Origin: an uncultured Anaerolineae bacterium
GTDB taxonomy: Bacteria > Chloroflexota > Anaerolineae > S140-20
Reading direction: 5' to 3'
NCBI GenBank assembly: GCA_964607235.1
Contig: CAZSJU010000004.1
Location: 1 to 34,898 of the forward strand
Length of the DNA stretch: 34,898 nucleotides
This document shows, piece by piece, positions 7,276 through 17,400 of this stretch. Numbering within the stretch: position 1 is the first letter of the stretch; every line of letters starts with the position of its first letter. Made by a program: the position numbers and the translations under genes. The notes under the pieces were generated by a model. The model did not search any database and had not been told where the DNA came from. It saw only the letters and a program-made list of their open reading frames with translations.

Positions 7276-8490
7276 CTAGTCAAGGGTTATGCCACAGATG
7301 GATACCCAGGACGTGCCATTCTGATCGGCCGGACAACGGTCGTAACCGGCACGGTTACCCGTGGTGCCGTCTAACAGGCGCAAGGTCAAGTAGATCGGCG
7401 CCAGGCCGCAGACGTTGCGACGGTCCTCCTCATCGGCGATGCGTTGGTAAAATGTTTGGGCATCCCCGGCGCAAATGGTTTCAATGAGGGCATCATCGGC
7501 GGCAGCCAGGCGAGCGCGGCCCGTCAGGTCGACCGGCTGCGGGTCTCCAAAGGCGGGACCGACGTGCGCCAGGTCGCCGGCGGCGACGACAAGGGCGGTA
7601 CGTCCTTCCAGGGCATTGTGCAGCGCTTGCAGTGCCCGTGTAAAGGTTGGGTCGCTGACCGGCTCATAAGGAGTGTGCATAAAATGGTGAAAAGAGCCGC
7701 ACAAGATGGGCACCAGCTCGATTTTGTCGGCCGGTTGGCGCCTGCGAACGTGGTGTAGCCACACTGCTGCTAATTCGATGGAATGCTCGCTGACGTGGTG
7801 CAGCTCTTCGGCAAAGGCAAACTCTGGCCCGACCGCTTTGGCTATGGCGTCCACGACGTCGGTGGCGGTAGGCAGAACGCCATAGGGTGTGGCATAATGC
7901 TGGCGGGTCAATGTCAGTGTCCCTTGTCCCCCATTGTGGTCGGTGCCCAGGATCACGGCGACGTCGGCGGCCCGTGCGACGTCGGCGGCGTCTCGCCACA
8001 CCTGTGCGTAAACCGGTCCGCCCCGCTCATAGTCGATGTGCGGGCTGACCAGCCCGCGTCCGTCAAAGCGTTTCGCGGGCTCGGACAAATTGTCGATATA
8101 GCCGTCCAGCATCGCGGCCAATGCGTCAGGGTCGGCTGGATAGCTGGCGCCGGCTGAAGTCGGTGACCGGTGTGGCGCCTGATGATAGTCAGTTAGAGCA
8201 GTGTCACACGCCTCCTCAAAGCGCTCGTTGTGCAATAGCAGCGCGCGGTCTAGTTGCTCAATGACGTGGGTCATCTCGCTTTTACTAAGGCTCAGGCCGG
8301 CACGCACCGTCAATGACGCGCGTAGGGCATCCAGGTCTCGGGTACCGTCCAGTAGGAGCAGCATCGGCGCCATTTGTTGCGAGATGATGACTACGCGCTC
8401 GGTCAGATGGAGCGGATCACGCAGCAACAGGGCCGGCTGCCCGTTATGCAGCATCGGATAAGTATGGATAGGTCGCAGCTTGAGATTCAT
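7276..8490 (-). CDS. Memo-like protein (AmmeMemoRadiSam system protein B family) with ~110-aa N-terminal extension
   Basis: 404 aa, with AGGAG 10 nt upstream of the ATG at 8490. Memo/extradiol-type motifs: VSPHIDYERGGPVYA, ILGTDHNG, VSEHSIELAAVWL, AAGDLAHVG, NVCGLAPI. Confidence 0.75.
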   Translation of the reverse strand: MNLKLRPIHTYPMLHNGQPALLLRDPLHLTERVVIISQQMAPMLLLLDGTRDLDALRASLTVRAGLSLSKSEMTHVIEQLDRALLLHNERFEEACDTALTDYHQAPHRSPTSAGASYPADPDALAAMLDGYIDNLSEPAKRFDGRGLVSPHIDYERGGPVYAQVWRDAADVARAADVAVILGTDHNGGQGTLTLTRQHYATPYGVLPTATDVVDAIAKAVGPEFAFAEELHHVSEHSIELAAVWLHHVRRRQPADKIELVPILCGSFHHFMHTPYEPVSDPTFTRALQALHNALEGRTALVVAAGDLAHVGPAFGDPQPVDLTGRARLAAADDALIETICAGDAQTFYQRIADEEDRRNVCGLAPIYLTLRLLDGTTGNRAGYDRCPADQNGTSWVSICGITLD

Positions 8491-8519
8491 CGCTAATCAT
8501 CTCCTGACTAGATGACCCG

Positions 8520-8549
8520 ATTGTACAATAGCTTGAGGAGTTTGTCTAA
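8520..8549 (-). promoter_or_regulatory. possible promoter for the Memo-like gene
   Basis: Minus strand TTAGAC (8549->8544), 18 nt, TACAAT (8525->8520). This match is weaker than the others. Confidence 0.35.
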
Positions 8550-8572
8550 CGCGTCCTACTCTTGGGGTAACA

Positions 8573-8950
8573 TCAATAAACGCCCAGCTCACGCAGCCGG
8601 TCCTCATCCAGGCCAAAGTGGTGGCCCAGCTCGTGGATGACGACCATGCGTACGCGGGCTTGGACCTCTTGGGGTGTGCGGCAGGCGGCCAGGATGGGGC
8701 GACGGAAAAGTGTGATTTTGTCTGGCAGCACCATACCATAGCCGTGGCTGCGGCGGGTCCGTGGCACCCCTTCGTAAAGACCCATCAACGTGGTGTGAGG
8801 AGCAAGCCCCAGCCGCCGACGTTGCGCGGCGGATGGCGCCTCGTCCACGGTGACATCGACGTTGTCCATCTTGGTATGCACCCACGCGGGCAGCGTTTGC
8901 AGGGCTTGTACCACCAATTGCTCGAACGTGTCTCGATCTATATCTAACAT
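8573..8950 (-). CDS. small zincin-like metallopeptidase-family protein (DUF1025-like)
   Basis: 125 aa from the ATG at 8950, with AAGGTG 6 nt upstream. It has a C-terminal VIHELGHHFGLDE motif. The track start at 8956 (GTG) lies only 2 nt after the end of the upstream gene's stop codon (8961-8963); the preferred ATG at 8950 lies 10 nt downstream of it. Confidence 0.7.
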   Translation of the reverse strand: MLDIDRDTFEQLVVQALQTLPAWVHTKMDNVDVTVDEAPSAAQRRRLGLAPHTTLMGLYEGVPRTRRSHGYGMVLPDKITLFRRPILAACRTPQEVQARVRMVVIHELGHHFGLDEDRLRELGVY

Positions 8951-8960
8951 GAGCACACCT

Positions 8961-11900
8961 TCAAGGCTGCAGCGTGATGCGGGTGATGAGGATCACCCTG
9001 GTGCTCCCGTCATCCAGGACCAGGCGTTGCTGCGTGTCCGGGTCATACAGCCCCGCGATCAAGGCATATGAGCCCGGTGTCCCCTCGGCCGGGATGTCTA
9101 GGACGCGCGTGTCCAGGATGACTTCACCGGGCGCCCAGCCGGTGGTGGGGCGCGTCCAATCGGCAGGCTCTCCGTCCGACTGGGTCAGTAAACTGCCATC
9201 AGGCTTGAGCAGATGCAAAAAGACGCGGTAGCTGGTATGCATCTCGACCTGACCTTGCCAGGCCAGGGTCACCGTGAGCGTGACGGGCGCTTGCAGCGGC
9301 GTGGTGACGGTCGGTTGCAAGTTAGCGCCGAGCAGCGTCACACAGTCGTCTTTTTTGCCTTCTGGGAACGGTTCGTCCCCTGAGACCACGTGGGAGCAGG
9401 TGAGCGTGGCGTCCAGAGGCAACTGCAAGTCAGGCGGTTGCCAGCGTCGCGCCGGTGCCTGGACCTGGAGTTGACCTAGGGTGGCCTGGGGGGTGAAGGT
9501 CTGCTGGGTGACCGGGTCAAAAAGTTCCAGCCCCCAGGTATAGGTGCCGCTTGCCAGGGAGGCGGGCAAGCGTAAAGCGTGCTGCCCACGCCATAGATCG
9601 CCGGCTTGCCATTGTGAGGTGGACCAGTCGCTATGCACTAGCAAGTCCCGGGCATGGACGGTGTGGTCCTGTTGATCTTGCAGCGTCAGTCTAGCCTGCA
9701 GATCAGGTATCCGGTTGGTGTCGAGCTTGTGCCAGAAGAGGGTAACCAGCATGGGGTCGCCAGGAGCAGCTTGGGCGCGGTCTAGGTTGGCGCCAAGCAG
9801 GGTCAAGGGACCCATATCGACGTCCAGGTCATATTGCATCGTGACCGCGTCCGGGTCAAGCGCGTAGGAAGGGCGGGTCAGCGTGACTTGACCCACAACC
9901 AGGTTGGGGCCAGCGATTTGGCCAGACTCGTCAAACACGTCAAGTGGCGCTAGCGTCTCGCGATCAAAGGCAGTGAGCAGCAGATTGTAACGACCAGGCG
10001 GTGTCCCGGACAGCGGTTCGATGTCGAGTCCCTGTACCGCGTAACGCCCGTTGCCCCATGCCGAGCTAGGAGGAAGATCCGCGTAACCACGGCGGGGAAA
10101 GGCTGACTTGTCGCTCCAAAGCTGCCCATCGGGGCCTTGCAGCACCACGGTGGCTTTGTAGCTGCGAGTGGGACGGACATAGGCGCTCCAATAAAAAGCC
10201 AGGTGCAACGTCCCATCGCTGGGCATGTGCGCGGTGCTACGATCATAGCCCAGCAAGCGGACGCCGTCCTTAAAACGGACGTCTAGCGGCACGTCCACGT
10301 CAGCCAGTGTGCTGTCCGCTTGCAGGCCGGAATGGCGTAAAGGTGTGTCCGTGCGGTCAACCACAAACACCTTGAACGCCAACAACATTAACGCCAAAAG
10401 CGCTAGCGTGGCAATGTGCGCCCAGTTAAGTTGTGTGATAAAGCGATGCGTGGTCTGAGAGCGGTTCGGTGATGTGGCTTGGATACGGTCGGCGAAATAA
10501 TCCCTCACGCTAATGTAGGTGACAAAGGCAACGCTGGCCAGTGCCAGTATGGAGAGCATCGTGGCCCCAGCCCGAATTGGCGTGCTGCCCCAATCAATCT
10601 CCACCGTGTGGCGACCGGCCGACAGGTCAAAGGTAATCAACCCTTCGGGCGTGCTGGGGATGATCTCGACGGGGCGGCCGTCGACACGAACCTGCCAGCC
10701 CGCAAAGGCGAACGTCAGGTAACGGGCACGGGTGGCTTGGGGCGTCTCGATCTCTAGTTTAGCATAGTTGGGCGCATATCTGGCCCAGTGAATCGTCGTT
10801 CCATCGGGCAACGACTCGGTGTCAAAGCGAGCGATAGTGATTTCTCCATCGTCACTAGCAGAGTCCAGGGCAGCGGCATATTGGGCCTCCAACGGCGAGT
10901 CGATAGGACGAGCCTGTACAGTCACTGGGAAATAGCTACCCTCAGGATCCACACCCACCAAGCGACTAAGATGTTCGTAGGCAAAAAGATCGAGAATGTT
11001 AGGCTGGGGTTTAGTAGGACAGTAGCCAGTAGGTGGATAGGTGAACGGCAAAGCCGTGACGATCAATAATGTCACGCTTAAGACTAACAACAAGGATAGG
11101 GGCAGCTTGTGCCCACCCCATCCCAATGAGAGTAAAGCGGTGACAAAGGCGCCAGCGAGAAGTGATAGCGGCAGCACCGCGCGACCGACAAAGCGCCAGG
11201 GGAACTGCACAAAGGCAACCAAGGGCAGATTCTCCCACAGCGGGAGCGAAGCACGTGTGGCCATGAATACCATGATAACCGCGGAAAGGACCAGGAAAAC
11301 GACCGTGACCCAACGTTCACGGCTTGCGGCGTCCGGCTGGAAGGTGTCCTTCCGGGGGCGCCAGCACCATAGCCCTCCTATGCTTCCCAACAAAGCCAGC
11401 AGCGCCAGTGGCAGGCCGACCGGCAGCTGCAACGGCGGATTCAAAAGAGCCGAATCAACAGGCTCGGGGGGCGCAAATACCTCAGAGAGGTTGACAAAAT
11501 TGTAGTGAAAGTCATTGTTGCGCGTCATGCGCGACAAATGCAGTTGCACATAGTCCTTCTCTAGCACGGCTGGCGCCCAGAAAAAGGCGGTCAGTCCCAG
11601 GCTTAGCATCAGGGCGACGCCTGCGGTTACCAGGTGACCGCGCCGTCCTCGAGCCCACCACAAGGCCAACAAGTAAGCGACCAGGAAAGGTGTGAACAGC
11701 AAGCTAGAGATGTTGTGGGTCAAGTACAGCAGGGCCAATGACCCGACGCTGCTCAACAGATAGCGCGCCTGACCACCCAAGAGCAAGCGACGAAAGGCCC
11801 ACAAAATAAAAGGAAATAATGCCAGCGCCACCGATTCGGGCATATTGCCACGCACCAGGGCATCGATGAAAGTATAAGGCGCATAAACATAGGCCACAGC

Positions 11901-12287
11901 CGCGACGAGACCGGCCCATCTTCCGAACAGGTCGCGTCCCAACAGATAGACCCCGATCGCCGAAGCGAGCATCGCCAATACATAAACCAGGTTGAGGGCC
12001 AGCGGCAAAGGCAGGCCTATCAGGTGCAGCGCCAGCCCCAGGTAGTAAGAAAAGGCAGCCCGATAATTAAAAAAAGGATAGCCGTAACCAAACGCCAAGT
12101 CTGGGACCCAACGGGAGCCAAGTAACCCATCCTGCAGGGCATAGCGCATGGCCACGATGCGAAAGTAGTGCAATCCACCATCGTGTGTGCAGGGCGGATC
12201 GTCACGCAGCAAAGGGATGACGGCAGTAATCATCAGCAAGACGAGCACACCCAGCAACCCGATTTCTTTGGCCTGTTGTGACTTCAT
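8961..12287 (-). CDS. large polytopic membrane protein, GT-C-fold glycosyltransferase-like (COG5617-like N-terminus) with three C-terminal beta-module repeats
   Basis: 1108 aa. The N-terminal ~600 aa contain many hydrophobic helices (..HDGGLHYFR.., YGYPFFNYRAAFSYYL). The C-terminal ~450 aa hold three ~120-aa modules ending in the pattern PPGxYxLxLxxFD/YDP. Confidence 0.7.
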   Translation of the reverse strand: MKSQQAKEIGLLGVLVLLMITAVIPLLRDDPPCTHDGGLHYFRIVAMRYALQDGLLGSRWVPDLAFGYGYPFFNYRAAFSYYLGLALHLIGLPLPLALNLVYVLAMLASAIGVYLLGRDLFGRWAGLVAAVAYVYAPYTFIDALVRGNMPESVALALFPFILWAFRRLLLGGQARYLLSSVGSLALLYLTHNISSLLFTPFLVAYLLALWWARGRRGHLVTAGVALMLSLGLTAFFWAPAVLEKDYVQLHLSRMTRNNDFHYNFVNLSEVFAPPEPVDSALLNPPLQLPVGLPLALLALLGSIGGLWCWRPRKDTFQPDAASRERWVTVVFLVLSAVIMVFMATRASLPLWENLPLVAFVQFPWRFVGRAVLPLSLLAGAFVTALLSLGWGGHKLPLSLLLVLSVTLLIVTALPFTYPPTGYCPTKPQPNILDLFAYEHLSRLVGVDPEGSYFPVTVQARPIDSPLEAQYAAALDSASDDGEITIARFDTESLPDGTTIHWARYAPNYAKLEIETPQATRARYLTFAFAGWQVRVDGRPVEIIPSTPEGLITFDLSAGRHTVEIDWGSTPIRAGATMLSILALASVAFVTYISVRDYFADRIQATSPNRSQTTHRFITQLNWAHIATLALLALMLLAFKVFVVDRTDTPLRHSGLQADSTLADVDVPLDVRFKDGVRLLGYDRSTAHMPSDGTLHLAFYWSAYVRPTRSYKATVVLQGPDGQLWSDKSAFPRRGYADLPPSSAWGNGRYAVQGLDIEPLSGTPPGRYNLLLTAFDRETLAPLDVFDESGQIAGPNLVVGQVTLTRPSYALDPDAVTMQYDLDVDMGPLTLLGANLDRAQAAPGDPMLVTLFWHKLDTNRIPDLQARLTLQDQQDHTVHARDLLVHSDWSTSQWQAGDLWRGQHALRLPASLASGTYTWGLELFDPVTQQTFTPQATLGQLQVQAPARRWQPPDLQLPLDATLTCSHVVSGDEPFPEGKKDDCVTLLGANLQPTVTTPLQAPVTLTVTLAWQGQVEMHTSYRVFLHLLKPDGSLLTQSDGEPADWTRPTTGWAPGEVILDTRVLDIPAEGTPGSYALIAGLYDPDTQQRLVLDDGSTRVILITRITLQP

Positions 12288-12335
12288 AATGCGTTATCTC
12301 ACTCTTTCTTTTGCCCTGCAAGAAAAGGCTGGCGT

Positions 12336-12364
12336 ATTATAGCACGGTCAGCCCTCAGGTGCCA
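12336..12364 (-). promoter_or_regulatory. extended -10 promoter for the 1108-aa gene
   Basis: Minus strand TGcTATAAT (-10 at 12341->12336) with a weak -35 TGGCAC (12364->12359). Confidence 0.4.
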
Positions 12365-12498
12365 GAGCCGGTTTGCGATGTCTGCTCTACAATGCCAGCT
12401 TTCAAGCGGCTGACATCTCGACCGGTCATTTCCCTGATGGAGGAGAAATTGGACAAGCTTGTTCCGCCTACGCCGAGAGAACACAACGCCGCTGATTA

Positions 12499-14499
12499 TT
12501 AACGCAACAGCACGGGTCCCACAACCTTCAGATCGCCGGCTGGGTTACCGGCAGCATCTAGCACCGGCACGTTGACGATATCGGGAAAAGTGTACATTCC
12601 CAGGTGTATCCAGTACTGGCCCTGCGGTGCGTCGGCGTTTGTCTCAATAGAAAAGCGGGTCAGCACCAGGTCGCCGGTCTGCCATGCTGCGCTGTCCAGG
12701 CCCGCCATATCGTGTTGTCCCCAGCGTTTTCCTTCCGCGTCTACCAGATGCACAAAGAGGTGATAGTCGATGCCAGTCGGCGCTGGTCCGTCCAGCCACC
12801 AGGCCACCGAAAACTGGAGCGGTTGATGAGATTGCGCGTCGTCAATGCCGTAGGCGAGCCATTCGACACCGTTGGCCAGCCGGCGCGGTGCGGACAGCGG
12901 CGTCAGCCCTGCCAACACATCATCGCGGCTCGCATTGTCGCGCTGGAATAGCCAGTAACGAGTGTTCCCTGGCGCCGCTATGGGGTCCAGTGCGGTGGTG
13001 CCCGACAGTGCGCGCAACTGCACGGTGGCTGTTTGCACGTCGGGCGTGGTGATGTAAACTGCCGGTCCGAGGGGAAAGACCAATGCTTCGCGGCCGTCTA
13101 TCAGGCGGTGAGGCAGGTGCCGAGGCAGCAACACGTCCAAAGCGGCCGGTCGGTTATCCCACAGCGGGTCGTCCCCTTGAGCCACGAGCAGGATCTCGGC
13201 GCCACACGCTTGCGCAGCCGCTCCGGCGGCCTGGGCCGTTTGCCATAGTGGCCCGACCGTCGGACCATAGCCGTTGGGTGTGTCGTGCTGGGTCACAAAC
13301 CGGTTGAACGCCCGGTTCAGGTAGATTTGCCATCCCCCAATCAAGAGCAACAATCCCACCACGCTGATCATGCCATAGCGGCCCCAGCGTGGGCCATAAC
13401 GTTTCTGGAGCTGGGCGAGCCCGTCGCTCAACAGCAGGGCGATGATCAGATGTTGGACCGGATAGAGCAAGATGAAATAGTGTGGGTAAACCGGTTGGGT
13501 GTGACGGGTTTGGAGCGCTACTGGCACGAGCAGCCACAGCAACAGTACCAGGTTGCGTCCCAATGACGCCGGACGGGGTCGGTCTTTTTCTTGCGCCTGG
13601 CGCACGATGCGCGCGATCAAATAGATCACGCCTAGACCCAGCAACGCCATCTCGACCCCGTCGAGCCAGCGTAGAGGCGGCAGCGTGTCCAGGAACTGCG
13701 CATAGCGGGTGCCGGCCAGGTCTTGGTAATGATAGCCGCTGCTCAGCCAGACTGCAAAACGCGTCGCTTGCCAGTCAATCTGGGCAGGGCCACCTCCCAG
13801 ATCGAGAAACCCGCGCAGGTTGGCCCAACCGTGGGTCCCGGCGTCGTGGTAGAGATAGGGCGCAGCGCACAGCACCAAGACCGCTACGCTGACCAGCAGC
13901 GGTCGACGTTGTAGCTGCGCGCGGAAGGGCAGCAAGATCAACACCAGGATGATCAAAAAAACCAGTCCTCCCAGATGAGTGCCGACGAGGGCGACCAACG
14001 CCAGGCTGGCGCCCAGCAACGCCCAGGGCCGGCGCTCCACGATCAGCAAGAGTAAGAAAAAGATGAAAAGCGTCGTGGCCAACGGCCAGTTCTGAGTCCA
14101 CATCTTGCGCGCGTAATAGATCGCCCAGGGATTGACGGCCAGCAGCGCGGCAGCGATAAAGCCGACCCGGCGACTGAAAAAGCGGGCGCCCAGCACAAGC
14201 GTCATGCCTACCCCGGCTGTGTGGATCAAGGCAATGACCGCGATGGCCAGCCGGGGATCTGGGGTCAGTGCTAGGGGCAACGCCATCAAGTAGACTTGCA
14301 GCGGCGGATGGGCCGGCCCTTGCGAGGATTGGGGGCCTATGATGGGGAAATGGCCCTGGCGGACCAGTGCTAACGCCTGGCGCGTGATGCCGGCCTCGTC
14401 GGCTTTGAATTCGGCCAGGTCCAACTGCGTCAGGCGCAGGGCCGCGGCCAGCAGCAAGAGCAGCATTAGAGATAACCAGCGAGATTTTTGGGTTGTCAT
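12499..14499 (-). CDS. ArnT/PMT-like (GT39/GT83-type) membrane glycosyltransferase with one C-terminal beta module
   Basis: 666 aa. It has a first-loop DE motif (FKADEAGITRQAL), then ~11 hydrophobic helices and one C-terminal module (..YHLFVHLVDAEGKRWGQHD..APQGQYWIHLGMY..). The start overlaps the upstream stop as ATGA (14496-14499). Confidence 0.75.
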   Translation of the reverse strand: MTTQKSRWLSLMLLLLLAAALRLTQLDLAEFKADEAGITRQALALVRQGHFPIIGPQSSQGPAHPPLQVYLMALPLALTPDPRLAIAVIALIHTAGVGMTLVLGARFFSRRVGFIAAALLAVNPWAIYYARKMWTQNWPLATTLFIFFLLLLIVERRPWALLGASLALVALVGTHLGGLVFLIILVLILLPFRAQLQRRPLLVSVAVLVLCAAPYLYHDAGTHGWANLRGFLDLGGGPAQIDWQATRFAVWLSSGYHYQDLAGTRYAQFLDTLPPLRWLDGVEMALLGLGVIYLIARIVRQAQEKDRPRPASLGRNLVLLLWLLVPVALQTRHTQPVYPHYFILLYPVQHLIIALLLSDGLAQLQKRYGPRWGRYGMISVVGLLLLIGGWQIYLNRAFNRFVTQHDTPNGYGPTVGPLWQTAQAAGAAAQACGAEILLVAQGDDPLWDNRPAALDVLLPRHLPHRLIDGREALVFPLGPAVYITTPDVQTATVQLRALSGTTALDPIAAPGNTRYWLFQRDNASRDDVLAGLTPLSAPRRLANGVEWLAYGIDDAQSHQPLQFSVAWWLDGPAPTGIDYHLFVHLVDAEGKRWGQHDMAGLDSAAWQTGDLVLTRFSIETNADAPQGQYWIHLGMYTFPDIVNVPVLDAAGNPAGDLKVVGPVLLR

Positions 14500-17400
14500 G
14501 GGATATTGACCTCAATCGGCAGAAGGATCTGGTCGTTGGGCAATATGTTCCCCGCCGCGTCATAGACCGGCAGGCGCGCGCCGCTGAGCGGATCATATAG
14601 GCCCACGGCGACGTGGTAAGCGCCGGGAGGCGCGTCGTCCAGGACCGGCAAGGCCAATTCGTCAATGATGACCTGACCGGGCGCCCAGCTATGGGTCGGG
14701 GCTGCGCCGTTGGCCGGAGGGCGGTCCACCTGACCATAAATAGTATCGCGAGTGCCGGGGCCGCGCAAGTGGACAAAGACGATATAGCTCAGGTCGGTGG
14801 GACCGTTCGCTTGCCAATACAGCGTCAATGGGATCTGTTGGCCACCCTTTACTTCTAGCGCACCCGGGTGCTTTAGCGCAGCGTTCGGGAGATCAAAGCC
14901 GCGCAGTTGCACTTGTTGACCCAATCTAAGGTCCAGCGGGTAGGCAATACCCGCTGGCAGGCTAAAAAGCCGGTCACGGGCCAGGACTGTGAGCCTGGTC
15001 AGGACATAGTTGTCGGCCCACAGGGGCGTGCCGTCTGCATCTAGCACATTGAGCCGCAAATCATAGAGGCCGGCCGGTAAATCGGGCGGGATGGGCAAGT
15101 CATAACGCACCTGCTCCAGTTCCCCGTCACGCCATTGGCCCGTCGCATAGGGGCTCAAGGGGAGGGTTTGCCCCACTATGGGGCTGCCGGCAGGGGCGTC
15201 TGGGACCAACAACTGCCAGCGCAAGGCATAGTCAGTGTCGGGAGCGGTCGTGGCTTGCCAGAACAAGTCAAAGGACACCACGTCCCCCGAGGGCACTTGC
15301 GCCGGTGGCGGGTGCTGTCCCAGTAATCTCAGCGGGCCGGCCGCGCGGGGTGGGTCGATCCGCTGTGTCATATCTACCTCGCCCGGTGTGGGCGGACGTT
15401 CGGGGGCGGCGATGGTGACATGGCCCAAGTCCAGGCTCAAACCGGCAAACCTGCCGACCGTGTCCCAGGCACTCAGCCCCTTACCGCTGTCCGGATCAAA
15501 TGCGCCAAGTGCGACGCGATACTGGCCCGGCGGGATAGCTGGGGGCAAGGATAATTTAAAAGTCTGGTCGCTCCATTCGTTCGGCCTCCAGGCTGAGGGA
15601 TGTCGATAGTCAGCGTCCAATATCTCTTGCCCACCTTCTAGCCAGGTGCGCCCTGTCGCATCCCGCAAATGCAAGACTGCACGATAATCGCCGGAGAGAG
15701 GGGCTAACGCCGACCAGCGGACGACAACCGGCAGATCGTCAGGCCAGGACAACGGCACGCTGGGAAGCACGGTGCCGACGAGGCTCAATCGCTCCCCAAA
15801 TCGGGCTTTGGAGGGCGTCAGACGTGCTATACAATTACTCGGGTCGGTTGATGCCTCTGGAATGATCTGATAAAAAGTGGCACCAGCGATGAAAGCGACC
15901 TCGTGCAGTTCGCCGTAGCACGCGAGCGCTTGTTGCAAGTGTTGCATAGTGACCGGCGAAGCGGCGGATAGAGCGACGTACCATATATGTCCGGACTCGG
16001 TTTGTAGGGCGTGCAGACGCTCGGCGACCTGGGCCGCATTGCGGGCATCGGCCAGAGAGACTAGCGTGGCCGGGCCATTGTATGTACGAGTCAACGCCGC
16101 TTGTGTGTCAAGCAAGACCACGTCCTCCCGCGCGGCGTGCTCGCTCAGATAGGCCGCTTGTGCCAAGGGTGCTGGGTTGCGATAGAGCCGGGCGTAAATG
16201 ATCCCGGCGATCCGTTTTTCATAGACCAGCGTCGCATCGCCCTCCCCTTGGGGCCAATGCGTGCCTTGTTGCGGAGGGTGCAGGAAATAGTCGGCCTGGG
16301 AGAGGGTTGCTGTTGACAAGGGCACCGTTTGCCCGACGAATAGCGAGGCCAGCGGTGGGATTGAAGGGCTGGCGACGATTAACTGTTCGGCGTTGGGTTG
16401 CTCGTTTAACCAACGAGCCGCAGCGCCCGACCCTTCGCCCCATCCAACCGGCAACCATTCCAGGGCTGTCCGTGGCCCGCCCAACAAGGGATTAAAAAAA
16501 GCCAGCGGCGTGAACAGATAGGGCAAGAGGATCCCGATTTGGAAAAGGGCTACAAGAGCGCTGGAGAAACGATACAGTCTTTTCCCTCTGTCCCCTAGCC
16601 ATTCACTTATGCCTTGCCAACCCAATGCGGCGACCAGGGTTAGCGCTGGAAAGACGGGCAGCAGATAACGGTCGTGTTTCTTGCCGACCAGGGTGAGGCA
16701 CAGGCCGAACCCCAGTGCCCAACCGGTGAGCGCGAGGGCCCACTTGTCCTCACTTGTTCTCACTTGCCCTCGCTTGCCCTCCCTGCCAGAGGCGTGTCGG
16801 CGTGGGCTGCGGCGGCGCAGATGGCGCCACAGGCCGGCGAGCCAACCGAGCAGCACCCAGGGTGAGGCGCGCAGGAGCCCCACCACCGGGTAAAAGCCCG
16901 CGCCAGGTGTAAAGGTGTCCTGGCCGTGAAAGAAAATGGGCCGCAGCGCGCCCTCCACGTGCCGCTCCCCGACATCCAATAGCCCGCGCAAGGTGGACAG
17001 CGGCGCTGTCCACATGGCGGGGTAAAAGGCCAGGAAGGCCAGCCCGGCTGTCACTCCCCACAAGGTCAAGGCGATGAGGGCCTGATGCCACGTGAGGCGA
17101 CGCGTGAGCGCGGCGGACAAGAGCATGATGCCGGCAAAAGGCGCCAGCAGGCCGCCGGGCGTCTTGGTGAGCGCGGCCAGACCGGCCAGCAGACCTGACA
17201 AGGCGGCCCAGCGATAAGGGGCGGGTTGGGCGGGGCGGACGGTGAGCAATAGCGTCAGGATTGACAAGGTCGTCGCCGTGGCCAGCAGGCCGTCCACGTG
17301 CAACAGACCGCTATGGCCGATCAAAAAAGGGTCCAGGGCCAGTAAAAGGGCCGCCAACCAGGCGGTTTTGCGCCCCCACAATCGCGCGCTCAGGGCAAAG

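Noticed and set aside
13775-14776. 333-aa minus-strand ORF spanning the junction of two GT-C genes
   Set aside because: It lies in an alternative frame of the same strand as two much longer, motif-bearing ORFs. Its Arg/Pro/Ala/Gly-rich, low-complexity translation is typical of shadow ORFs in GC-rich DNA, and it has no SD.
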